Below are positions 16,442-24,383 of a DNA stretch of 40,697 nucleotides, one piece after another. The translations under genes were made by a program, and so were the position numbers. This DNA is from an uncultured Ignavibacteriales bacterium (GTDB lineage Bacteria > Zixibacteria > MSB-5A5 > GN15 > JAAZOE01). Numbering within the stretch: the first letter of the stretch is position 1; each line of letters begins with the position of its first letter. The notes beneath the pieces were generated by a model, which saw only the letters and a program-made list of their open reading frames with translations, ran no database searches and had not been told where the DNA came from. The DNA lies in the NCBI GenBank assembly GCA_964585635.1, contig CAZPEV010000003.1:10597-51293 (forward strand), written 5' to 3'.

Positions 16442-16548
16442 CGTCGATTTATGCCGTCATGGCGGTGACCCTTATCATCTGGGTCGGGCTGTTCGTATAT
16501 TTGCTGAGACTTGACCGCCGGGTCAAACGGCTCGAGGACAAGAAGTGA
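16438..16548 (+). CDS. ccmD: CcmD-like small membrane protein
   Basis: A 36-codon ORF, MTSIYAVMAVTLIIWVGLFVYLLRLDRRVKRLEDKK: one TM helix plus a basic tail. Its ATG overlaps the ccmC stop (ATGA), and its stop overlaps the ccmE GTG (GTGA). Confidence 0.7.
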   Translation: MTSIYAVMAVTLIIWVGLFVYLLRLDRRVKRLEDKK

Positions 16549-16946
16549 AGGCGAAGTATATCATCGGCGGCGCGATCATCGTGGCCTTTATCATCTGGGG
16601 CATGACCTCATTCATGTCCACGACCATCCGGTATGTGTCCATCGACCAGGTGCAGGGCAGCACCGGGACGGTGCAGGTGATGGGCAAAATTGATTTCGAC
16701 CGGGTGGTGTACGACGCCGAGCATTCCCGGCTCGTTTTTGAAATCACCGGATTGGAGAAGCGAACGCTGAACCAGCGGCTGAAGGTCATCTATTCCGGCG
16801 TCGTCCCCGGCAATTTCGAGCAGGCGACCTCGGTCGTGGCCAAGGGACGATTCCAGGATGGGGCGTTTATGGCCGACCAACTCCTGGTCAAGTGTCCCTC
16901 GAAATATCAGGGACTGGCCGAGCAGGCCAAGAAGGGCGAGGCCTAA
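16545..16946 (+). CDS. ccmE: Heme chaperone CcmE, CxxxY (CPSKY) variant
   Basis: 133 aa with an N-terminal TM anchor and an OB-fold-like body. The C-terminal LLVKCPSKYQG sits where canonical CcmE has HDENY. Confidence 0.85.
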   Translation: MKAKYIIGGAIIVAFIIWGMTSFMSTTIRYVSIDQVQGSTGTVQVMGKIDFDRVVYDAEHSRLVFEITGLEKRTLNQRLKVIYSGVVPGNFEQATSVVAKGRFQDGAFMADQLLVKCPSKYQGLAEQAKKGEA

Positions 16947-16949
16947 GCG

Positions 16950-19136
16950 GTGACGGTCGGCGCATTGCTGATGGTGCTGGCTTTCGCCGCCATGCTGACC
17001 AGTACGGTGGCCTTCTTTCTATCTGCCCGCGGCCGGGAACGATACCAGTCGTTGGCGCGCAGCGGCTATCATTACTTCGCGGTTCTGACGGCGGCGGCGG
17101 TGCTGCTGCTGTTTTACTATTTCATCTCCGGCGATTATTCCATCAAATATGTCTACGAGTATTCCTCGTCGGACCTGCCGGTCTTCTACCTGATTTCGGC
17201 CTTCTGGGCGGGACAGCAGGGGACGTATTTGCTGTGGTTGATGCTTCTGGCGCTCCTGGGGTATTATATTCAGCGCCGGGGGCGGCAGTATACCGATTGG
17301 GCGATGACCTTCTATGGGCTGATCAACCTGTTTTTCCTGGTCATCCTCATGGTCCTGTCTCCGTTTGAGAAACTGGCCACGCCCCAGGTCGAGGGGGCCG
17401 GGCTTAATCCGCTGCTTCATGATCCCTGGATGGTGGTCCACCCGCCGATCATCTTCCTGGGATATGCGGCCGTGGCGATACCATGCGTCATCGCCATGGC
17501 GGCTTTGGCGAAGAAACAGTACGATGACTGGTGGCCGATTGCTCTGGCGCCGGCCGCGCTGGGGGCGGTAGCGCTGGCGGCCGGCAATATCATGGGAGGT
17601 TTTTGGGCGTACAAGACGCTGGGATGGGGAGGGTACTGGGCCTGGGATCCGGTGGAAAATTCCTCCTTCATTCCCTGGATGACCACCGTGGCGCTTATTC
17701 ACGGCCTGCTCATCGAGCGGGCCAGGGGGGCGTTACGGAAGACCAACCTCTTCATGGCGCTCTTTACCTTCCTGCTGGTGGTCTATGGCACCTTTCTGAC
17801 CCGTTCCGGAGTGCTGGCCGATTTCTCGGTGCATAGCTTTGTCGATCTGGGGATTAATCGGTATCTGGTCGGCTTTATGGCCGGGTTTTCGTTTCTGGCG
17901 CTGGCGCTGTTCGTCGCCCGAAGCCGGGGGATTAAAGGGCCGGCCCTGATCCTGGCGACGACCTCGCGTGATTTCGTGCTCTTAATTTCGGTCTGGCTTT
18001 TGACGCTGATCGCGCTGATGGTTTTGGCCGGCACCTCGTGGCCGTTGATCACGACAATCTTCGGCAACCCCGGCACGGTTGACACGGCGATATACACCCG
18101 CGTGACCTTCCCTCTGGCGGTAGTGATCGGGCTTTTCCTTGGATTCGCGCCCTTCATGCTATGGGGTGGTGAAACCTGGCGCGGCCTGCTGGCCAAGATT
18201 ATTCCTTCCGCGATCGGGGCGCTGGTCGCGACTGTCGCCGCGGCGCTGGCCGGTGTCCATTCGGCGTCGTACCTGGTATATGTCTTATTCGCGGCATTTG
18301 CCTTTTTCTCCAATCTGCTGGCGCTGAGAAAGTATCTTCCCGGTCGGCTGGAGGCGGCCGGGCCGCAGATCGCCCATTTCGGGTTTGCCCTGATGCTGAT
18401 TGGCATTCTGGGCTCATCGGCCTATGGCACCGGCCAGAAGGTCAATATTGATCGCGGCGCTTCGGCGGAGGCCTTTGGATTGACCCTTACCTATAAAGGG
18501 ATGGCCGCCGAAATCACCACCCCCAATAATGAGATTCTTCTTGACGTTCGCGACGGTCGCACCAGCTTCGAGGCCCGTCCCAAGCTGTTTTGGTCGCGGC
18601 AGCAGGAGGGGTTGATGAAAAAGCCGTACATAATCCGCAAGCTGCTGTACGACCTTTACTTGGCCCCAGAACAAATTCAGAATTCGCAGCCGGCGGAGGG
18701 GTTGCTGCTCAAGCGAGGCGAAAGCCGGATGATGGGCGGGTACACTATCAGATTCGCCGGTTTTGACCAGCAGGCCCATGCCGCCGGCGGGCCGATGCAT
18801 TTTGGCGCCAAGGTCGAGGTGACCGACAGCCTGGGTCGGTCCGAAACGGTCATACCGTCGGTCATCTACGAACCTGGCAAGGAATTGGGGCACGCTGACG
18901 TCCCTTTGATGTCGGGCCTGTCGACGCCGATACGGCTGGAGCGGATTTTTGCCGATCAGGGGGCGGTGCAGCTATCGATAGCGGGCCTGGCGCCGGCCTC
19001 GGTTCCCGACCGGCTCATTATGGAAATCTCCAAGCAGCCGACCATGAATCTGCTTTGGGGCGGAACGATTCTGCTCCTGGCGGGGGGGCTTTTATCCCTT
19101 CGCCGTCGCTGGCGGGTGTCGGTCCCGGAATCGTAA
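16950..19136 (+). CDS. ccmF: Cytochrome c-type biogenesis protein CcmF
   Basis: A 728-aa polytopic membrane protein with a GTG start. It carries the WWD motif WGGYWAWDPVENSS. Confidence 0.92.
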   Translation: MTVGALLMVLAFAAMLTSTVAFFLSARGRERYQSLARSGYHYFAVLTAAAVLLLFYYFISGDYSIKYVYEYSSSDLPVFYLISAFWAGQQGTYLLWLMLLALLGYYIQRRGRQYTDWAMTFYGLINLFFLVILMVLSPFEKLATPQVEGAGLNPLLHDPWMVVHPPIIFLGYAAVAIPCVIAMAALAKKQYDDWWPIALAPAALGAVALAAGNIMGGFWAYKTLGWGGYWAWDPVENSSFIPWMTTVALIHGLLIERARGALRKTNLFMALFTFLLVVYGTFLTRSGVLADFSVHSFVDLGINRYLVGFMAGFSFLALALFVARSRGIKGPALILATTSRDFVLLISVWLLTLIALMVLAGTSWPLITTIFGNPGTVDTAIYTRVTFPLAVVIGLFLGFAPFMLWGGETWRGLLAKIIPSAIGALVATVAAALAGVHSASYLVYVLFAAFAFFSNLLALRKYLPGRLEAAGPQIAHFGFALMLIGILGSSAYGTGQKVNIDRGASAEAFGLTLTYKGMAAEITTPNNEILLDVRDGRTSFEARPKLFWSRQQEGLMKKPYIIRKLLYDLYLAPEQIQNSQPAEGLLLKRGESRMMGGYTIRFAGFDQQAHAAGGPMHFGAKVEVTDSLGRSETVIPSVIYEPGKELGHADVPLMSGLSTPIRLERIFADQGAVQLSIAGLAPASVPDRLIMEISKQPTMNLLWGGTILLLAGGLLSLRRRWRVSVPES

Positions 19137-19218
19137 ATCGTTCGTCCGGTAATTTATTCTCACTGAACGGGCATGGCCACCTGTTCGTCTTGTGATTTGA
19201 AAAAAGCGATATTTTTGC

Positions 19219-19247
19219 TTGCACGCGGCGGCCAAAGAGTGTATCAT
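19219..19247 (+). promoter_or_regulatory. Predicted extended -10 promoter
   Basis: TTGCAC (19219-19224), a 17-nt spacer ending in TG, then TATCAT (19242-19247). Confidence 0.45.
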
Positions 19248-19284
19248 TGGCCTTTGTGTTGCGATATTTCGGGAGGACTGATAC

Positions 19285-20448
19285 ATGAAACGAGTTGTTG
19301 CGGCCCTTGCCATACTGACTGTCCTGGTGGCCGTCGGATGCAATAAGAACGACGAGAACACGATCAATTCGCTGCCCAAATCACATTTGGCGTTTCCGGC
19401 CTTTCATCTGCAGGTCGACAATGGATATGAAACGTTCGGAATCGATTCGGTTCTTTTGACCGTCAGTCCCAGCGTCGGGTGGCGCGAGCCGGTCTACTCG
19501 AACAGCGATGGATACATTGGCGCGCTCCCGGCCGGAACCTATATCACCGGCATCGACACCATTGTCAGAGTCAACGATACAGTTATCGATACCACTTCGA
19601 TCGTCATGGGCTTCACGCCGGGTCAGGCCTATACGTTCACCTTTGAGCGGAACATGGCCTTCGAATGGGGCGACGTCTTCAAGGCGGTCTTTGCCAGGAC
19701 GGTCGATTCCTCCTGGTCGCGGTTGACGGTCGACACCGAAAAAGTCTGCCTATTACTCGATCCCAACCGGCCTCCGCAACTTGCGACCGACTCAACGGCG
19801 ATTATCACCAATCCGGACGACACGGTGGGGAATTCTCCCCTGCAGGTTTTGCGTCAGCCGATTCTCTATGGGTTCTGGTTCGATTCCGCCTTTGTCATCC
19901 CCGGTTTCGACACGGCCTCGACCGCGGTATATCCGGCCGATTCGTTGAAAATCGACACCCTTCTTTGGGGTTACTGGATGCACGTCGACTCCTTTTACCT
20001 TTCCGGTGACACTGCCACCTGGTGCGATTCCATAGGAACCGACACGACCGTCAGGGTTGTTCAGGACTACTACAATCAGCCGCTGTATATCCGGACGGTG
20101 AAGACCTTATACAGTTGTTCTCCCGATGACACCGAAAAGGTGAATCCGGTCAACGTGCGGAATCGGATATATCGCACCTTTGGGTGGACCGGTTTCGACA
20201 CGATCAAGCATTTCAGCTTCCCGGACACGACCAAGGGATTGATCTTTACGCCATCCGGCATATCGATCTACACCTGGAATGTAACCGGTTCCGATACGAT
20301 CAGCGATACCATGCCGGTTCAGGTTTATCTGATCGACGGCCTGGCCGGGGATACGACGATCATAAACACACTGCAATTCCAGGCGATCATGCCGACGTCG
20401 GAGGAGTACAAATTTCCGGATTACAAGCTTTTGATCAGGTCCCGATGA
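19285..20448 (+). CDS. Hypothetical lipoprotein
   Basis: 387 aa with the RBS GGGAGGA and a lipobox (LVAVGCNKND). It is rich in Thr, Asp and Ser. I recognise no family. Confidence 0.7.
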   Translation: MKRVVAALAILTVLVAVGCNKNDENTINSLPKSHLAFPAFHLQVDNGYETFGIDSVLLTVSPSVGWREPVYSNSDGYIGALPAGTYITGIDTIVRVNDTVIDTTSIVMGFTPGQAYTFTFERNMAFEWGDVFKAVFARTVDSSWSRLTVDTEKVCLLLDPNRPPQLATDSTAIITNPDDTVGNSPLQVLRQPILYGFWFDSAFVIPGFDTASTAVYPADSLKIDTLLWGYWMHVDSFYLSGDTATWCDSIGTDTTVRVVQDYYNQPLYIRTVKTLYSCSPDDTEKVNPVNVRNRIYRTFGWTGFDTIKHFSFPDTTKGLIFTPSGISIYTWNVTGSDTISDTMPVQVYLIDGLAGDTTIINTLQFQAIMPTSEEYKFPDYKLLIRSR

Positions 20449-20483
20449 CCCGGTCAGGTCGGCAAAACGCCAGATAAACCATG

Positions 20484-20511
20484 AAACCCCGCCTTTCGGC
20501 GGGGTTTTTTC
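20484..20511 (+). terminator. Rho-independent terminator
   Basis: AAACCCCGCC, a TTTC loop, then GGCGGGGTTT, followed by a T-run. Confidence 0.85.
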
Positions 20512-20540
20512 TTGACATCCGGCAAGGGAGGAGGCATAAT
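20512..20540 (+). promoter_or_regulatory. Predicted promoter of the riboswitch-controlled receptor operon
   Basis: TTGACA (20512-20517), a 17-nt spacer, then CATAAT (20535-20540). Confidence 0.55.
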
Positions 20541-20556
20541 TATCATCGACAACATG

Positions 20557-20716
20557 TTCCGGCCCCAGGGCGGTTAATAGGGAAGACGGTGCGAATCCGT
20601 CGCAGCCCCGCTACTGTGAGCGGCTACTAAAGGACCGATATCCACTCTTCCGGGCAGACCGGAAGGGGAAGGGGTCCTGACAGGATTGACGCCGCAAGCC
20701 AGGAGACCTGCCGGAA
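20557..20716 (+). promoter_or_regulatory. Cobalamin (B12) riboswitch aptamer
   Basis: GGTTAATAGGGAAGACGGTGCGAATCCGTCGCAGCCCCGCTACTGTGAGC matches the conserved core. CCACTC...GGAAGGGGAAGG and the B12 box AAGCCAGGAGACCTGCC are both present. The P1 stem candidate is TTCCGGC (20557-20563) with GCCGGAA (20710-20716). Confidence 0.9.
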
Positions 20717-20754
20717 CGGAAACCGAAATTCGGCAGCCCTCGCGGGAGGGAAAG

Positions 20755-21561
20755 TTGAATCGATCCCGGATGATTCCACTGGCTGCCGGGATTTTTTGTG
20801 CGAGCAATCCCGGCCCAATCATTTTTCGTCCAGTTGCGCTGTTGTGGATGGCCGGCTTGCTGATGCTGGCCGCGGGGGCGTGGGGTCAAACCACGGTCAA
20901 TCTCGCCGGCAGCGTCGTTGACGCCGTCGACGGCCATCGGCTTGGCGGTGCCGAAATTACCATCCTCAACAGCAGTTTTTCGGCCCGGACGGACCAGTTC
21001 GGCCGGTTTGTATTCGTCAGCCTGCCTGAAGGTCGCTGGCGGCTGCGCGTCGTCGCCGACGGATACGAGGCGCTGGTCAGCGATGAGGTTGAGGTTGTCG
21101 CTGATATTGCGCGCACTCTGGAAATGGCGCTCAGGCGAAAAATCTACGTTCTGCCGGATCATCGCACGGTCGGCCGGTATGAGACGCCGGCGCCGTCGTC
21201 GATTCGGCGGATCGATCGAGCGGCGATCCGGCAGTTGCAGGCATCCGATTTGGCGGATCTTCTCAATCGGATCGAGGGTGTCTCGGTACGGTCATCGGGA
21301 TCGGGGGGCGGGAGCCAGGTCAGTATTCGCGGCTGTGATTCCCGGCAGGTGCTGGTGCTGGTCGACGGCCAGCGAATAAACATGGCCGGCAGCGGCGAGG
21401 CCGATCTCGGCGCCGTTCCGTTTCAGGCGATCGAACGAGTCGAGGTGTATCGGGGAGGGGAGTCGGCCCGTTTCGGTCCCGATGCTCTTGGCGGCGTCAT
21501 CAGCATAATCACTCAAATCAAACGCTCTGATTCCGCCCCCGAGTTGGCGGCGCGGAAATAA
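20755..21561 (+). CDS. TonB-dependent receptor, N-terminal fragment (signal peptide, CarboxypepD_reg-like domain, plug), BtuB-like by context
   Basis: A TTG at 20755 lies 5 nt after GGGAGGG; an alternative ATG is at 20770. It has plug motifs (VSVRSSGSGGGSQVSIRG, RVEVYRGGESARFGPDALGGVISIIT). It ends at TAA 21559-21561, and the same reading frame continues as the barrel. Confidence 0.8.
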   Translation: MNRSRMIPLAAGIFCASNPGPIIFRPVALLWMAGLLMLAAGAWGQTTVNLAGSVVDAVDGHRLGGAEITILNSSFSARTDQFGRFVFVSLPEGRWRLRVVADGYEALVSDEVEVVADIARTLEMALRRKIYVLPDHRTVGRYETPAPSSIRRIDRAAIRQLQASDLADLLNRIEGVSVRSSGSGGGSQVSIRGCDSRQVLVLVDGQRINMAGSGEADLGAVPFQAIERVEVYRGGESARFGPDALGGVISIITQIKRSDSAPELAARK

Positions 21562-21591
21562 TGGGGGGCCTGGAAGGGGGACCGTCGCGAA

Positions 21592-23076
21592 TTGACGGCG
21601 ACCGATCTGCTGCCATGGGGTGGCGTCAATACCAAGTTCGGCTATTTCTATCAGGGATCGAATGGAGATTTTGATTATCGATATACCGTCTCACCCCGTC
21701 CCGATCTGGCCGAGGAATACCGCGGCATCCGCCGCAACGCCGGCCGGGCCGGCCACAATTATTTTATGTCAGCAGGAGGGGGCCTGAGCAGGGCGATTTC
21801 GATTATGGCAACGGCGCAGGCGTATGCGTCCCGCGAAGGGCTTCCCGGCGCGGTTTCGTCGCCCGACACGACCTCCTGGAAAGAGGATCAGCGCCGGTCG
21901 ATCACGGTCGAGGTGGAGCGAGAGCGGTCGGCGGGATATGCCTGGGATTTGTCGACCGGTTTTTCGAGGCTGGAGCAATATTTTAATAATCGGGACGACC
22001 CCAGCCTGCCGGAGCGGTACGAAAATCGATTTATCAACGACATCGCGACCATGCGTGCTTCCCTGCGCCGGGTGCTTTGGCTCGGAAACGAGCTGATGAC
22101 GGGAGGGGAGGTCCGCCGCGATATTTTGTATCACGATGATTTCTATCGGCCGCAGGCCGCGATGGGGCGGACGGTGCGGGATGATATTGGCTTGTCCGTG
22201 ACCGATCAGCAGTCGCTTGACCTGCGGCGCGTCTTGCCGGCCGGCGCGATGGTGGTTGACTATGCCCTCCGCTGGGACGGCATCACCACCCGCCATGAGG
22301 CCGACACGGCCGGGCCGCAGAAAACGGCCGGCTGGTCGCACAAAGTGGGTGCCTCGATTTCAGGCGGCGGCCCGATTCGGGTTGCGGTTCGGGGCAGCTA
22401 TGGGACGTCGTATCGCCTGCCCGAGATCAACGCCCTGTTTTGGAAGGGGGATGTCCGGGCCGGCGGCAATCCGCAGCTGCGCCCGGAACGGGCGGAGCAT
22501 TCCGACGCCGGTATCGACCTGACGCATAACGGCCGGCTGAATCTGACGGTCGGTACGACCTATTTTCATTCGTTTGTCCGGGACCTCATCGTCTGGCAGC
22601 CGGGGTATCAGGAGGTCTGGAAGCCGGTCAATCTCGCTTCGGCCCGTATAACCGGTCGCGAGGACGTTATCCGGGTGGGGCTGTTCGATGATCATCTGCG
22701 GCTGAATTATCAGAACACCGTCACGACCGCCAAGAATCGTACGCCGGGTTCGAGCACGTTCAATAAGTCACTGACCTACCGGCCGCATTATATCACTCAG
22801 GTGGAGGCGGCCGGTTCGCTGTGGCGATTCCGGGCGACCTACCGTATCCGCTGGGTCGATATTCGGTACAACAAAGAGGCCAACACCAAATGGTACGATG
22901 CCTATCGACTCGACGACCTGGATCTGGCCTTCACGGCCGTCTGCTCGAGGATCAGCATCGAGGCGACCGGACGAGTGCGAAACGTCACCGATGCCGACTA
23001 TGTGCTGATCGGCCATTATCCGATGCCGGGTCGTGAGTGGGGGATTGACCTGGCGGCGACGTACCGGATAAAATAA
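21592..23076 (+). CDS. TonB-dependent receptor, beta-barrel fragment (same frame as 20755..21561)
   Basis: 494-aa ORF with alternating beta-strand patterns. It is in frame with the plug ORF: 21592 minus 20686 is a multiple of 3. The first in-frame start candidate after the TAA is a TTG. Confidence 0.75.
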   Translation: MTATDLLPWGGVNTKFGYFYQGSNGDFDYRYTVSPRPDLAEEYRGIRRNAGRAGHNYFMSAGGGLSRAISIMATAQAYASREGLPGAVSSPDTTSWKEDQRRSITVEVERERSAGYAWDLSTGFSRLEQYFNNRDDPSLPERYENRFINDIATMRASLRRVLWLGNELMTGGEVRRDILYHDDFYRPQAAMGRTVRDDIGLSVTDQQSLDLRRVLPAGAMVVDYALRWDGITTRHEADTAGPQKTAGWSHKVGASISGGGPIRVAVRGSYGTSYRLPEINALFWKGDVRAGGNPQLRPERAEHSDAGIDLTHNGRLNLTVGTTYFHSFVRDLIVWQPGYQEVWKPVNLASARITGREDVIRVGLFDDHLRLNYQNTVTTAKNRTPGSSTFNKSLTYRPHYITQVEAAGSLWRFRATYRIRWVDIRYNKEANTKWYDAYRLDDLDLAFTAVCSRISIEATGRVRNVTDADYVLIGHYPMPGREWGIDLAATYRIK

Positions 23077-23102
23077 GCTGCAATAACAGTGAGGAGGAAG
23101 GT

Positions 23103-24320
23103 GTGAAAGGATCGATTGTCCGCCGGCTGATGATTGCCCTGGTGGTGTCGGGGGCGACTCACGCCTCGGGACCGACGGCGTATGTCATCAATGCCACCGG
23201 CGAGACGCTGTCGAAGATAGAGCTACGCACCAATGTGGTGACGAACAGCATCGAACCGCTCGGCTCGGACGTCGACAGCTATCCGAATCAGATTGTTATC
23301 CGCGATACCCTCGCCTACGTGATTGCCTCGGGCACCGATGAAATCCAGATCATCAATCTTAATACGGAGCGGACGGTGGGGTGGATCAGATTCGGCGCCG
23401 GCCAGAATCCGTACTGGATGGCGTTTCTGAACGACCAGGTTCTTTATGTCACCCTGCTGGTCGATAACAGCCTGGCCAAGGTCGATCTGACGACGCGCCA
23501 GGTGGTCAAAACCACCCCGGTGGGATTATCCCCGGAAGGGGTGATTGTTGTGCATGAGACGGCGTTCGTGGCGGTCACCGGTTATGATTTCGGCAGTTGG
23601 TCATGGAAGCAGGGGAAGCTGGTGGCGTACGACACCCGAACCGATAGCGTCATCGCTGAGCTCAACGTGGGCAAGAATCCGCAGTTTCTGGATATTGATC
23701 GGCAGGGGCGGCTTCATGTTTCCTGCACCGGTGATTATGGAGCGACGCCGGGAACTATCTATATCATCGACCCCGGAGCGCGAGCGGTGCTCGACAGCAT
23801 CGCCATCGGCGGCCAGCCGGGGCAGATTTCGATCGGGCCGGATGATATCGGGTATCTGGCGGCCGGCGGGTGGACGGGTGACGGCGAAGTATACACGTAT
23901 CATGCGGCGACCGGCGACGTGCTGCGGGGGCCGTCCAATCCGATCTATGTCGATTCCGGCGCCACCGGCGTGGTCACCTTCCAGGACAGCAGCGCTTTTG
24001 TAGCTTGTTTCGGTGATAAGATCAACCGCGTGAATGCCGCCGGGCAGAAGCTTGGGACATATGTCATGGGTGATGGTCCGGCGCACCTGGATTTCAATCA
24101 TATTCCGGGCGACGCCACCGGGGACTGGGAGGTAAACGTCGGCGACGCCGTGTATATTGTCAATTATATCTTCAAGAATGGTTCGCGGCCGCCGCTGCCG
24201 GTCTGGCGGGCCGACGTGAACGCCGACGGGGCGATCAACGTCGGCGATGCGGTATGCCTGGTCAATTATATTTTCAAAGGGGGGCCGCGGCCGCTGGTTG
24301 GGGCGACATGGCTGAGGTGA
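23103..24320 (+). CDS. Secreted beta-propeller-like protein with a C-terminal dockerin module
   Basis: A GTG start follows GAGGAGGAAGG and there is a signal peptide. Repeated strand-turn patterns resemble YncE/YVTN-like propellers. The C-terminus has two F-hand repeats: GDATGDWEVNVGDAVYIVNYIFKNG and ADVNADGAINVGDAVCLVNYIFKGG. Confidence 0.75.
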   Translation: MKGSIVRRLMIALVVSGATHASGPTAYVINATGETLSKIELRTNVVTNSIEPLGSDVDSYPNQIVIRDTLAYVIASGTDEIQIINLNTERTVGWIRFGAGQNPYWMAFLNDQVLYVTLLVDNSLAKVDLTTRQVVKTTPVGLSPEGVIVVHETAFVAVTGYDFGSWSWKQGKLVAYDTRTDSVIAELNVGKNPQFLDIDRQGRLHVSCTGDYGATPGTIYIIDPGARAVLDSIAIGGQPGQISIGPDDIGYLAAGGWTGDGEVYTYHAATGDVLRGPSNPIYVDSGATGVVTFQDSSAFVACFGDKINRVNAAGQKLGTYVMGDGPAHLDFNHIPGDATGDWEVNVGDAVYIVNYIFKNGSRPPLPVWRADVNADGAINVGDAVCLVNYIFKGGPRPLVGATWLR

Positions 24321-24383
24321 ACCACGTCTTGGTTGCCGGTTTCTAATAGCGGCTGGCGGTGACGGCGTCGTCTCCGATGGCGG

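Noticed and set aside
19877-19887. GGTTCGATTCC, a T-loop-like tRNA signature
   Set aside because: It lies inside the 19285..20448 coding frame. I could not build acceptor, D or anticodon arms around it.
21559-21561. Genome-wide stop-codon reassignment of TAA as the explanation for the split receptor
   Set aside because: TAA clearly terminates other well-defined genes in the window at the expected protein lengths, for example ccmA at 15028-15030, hbd, and the PPIase gene.
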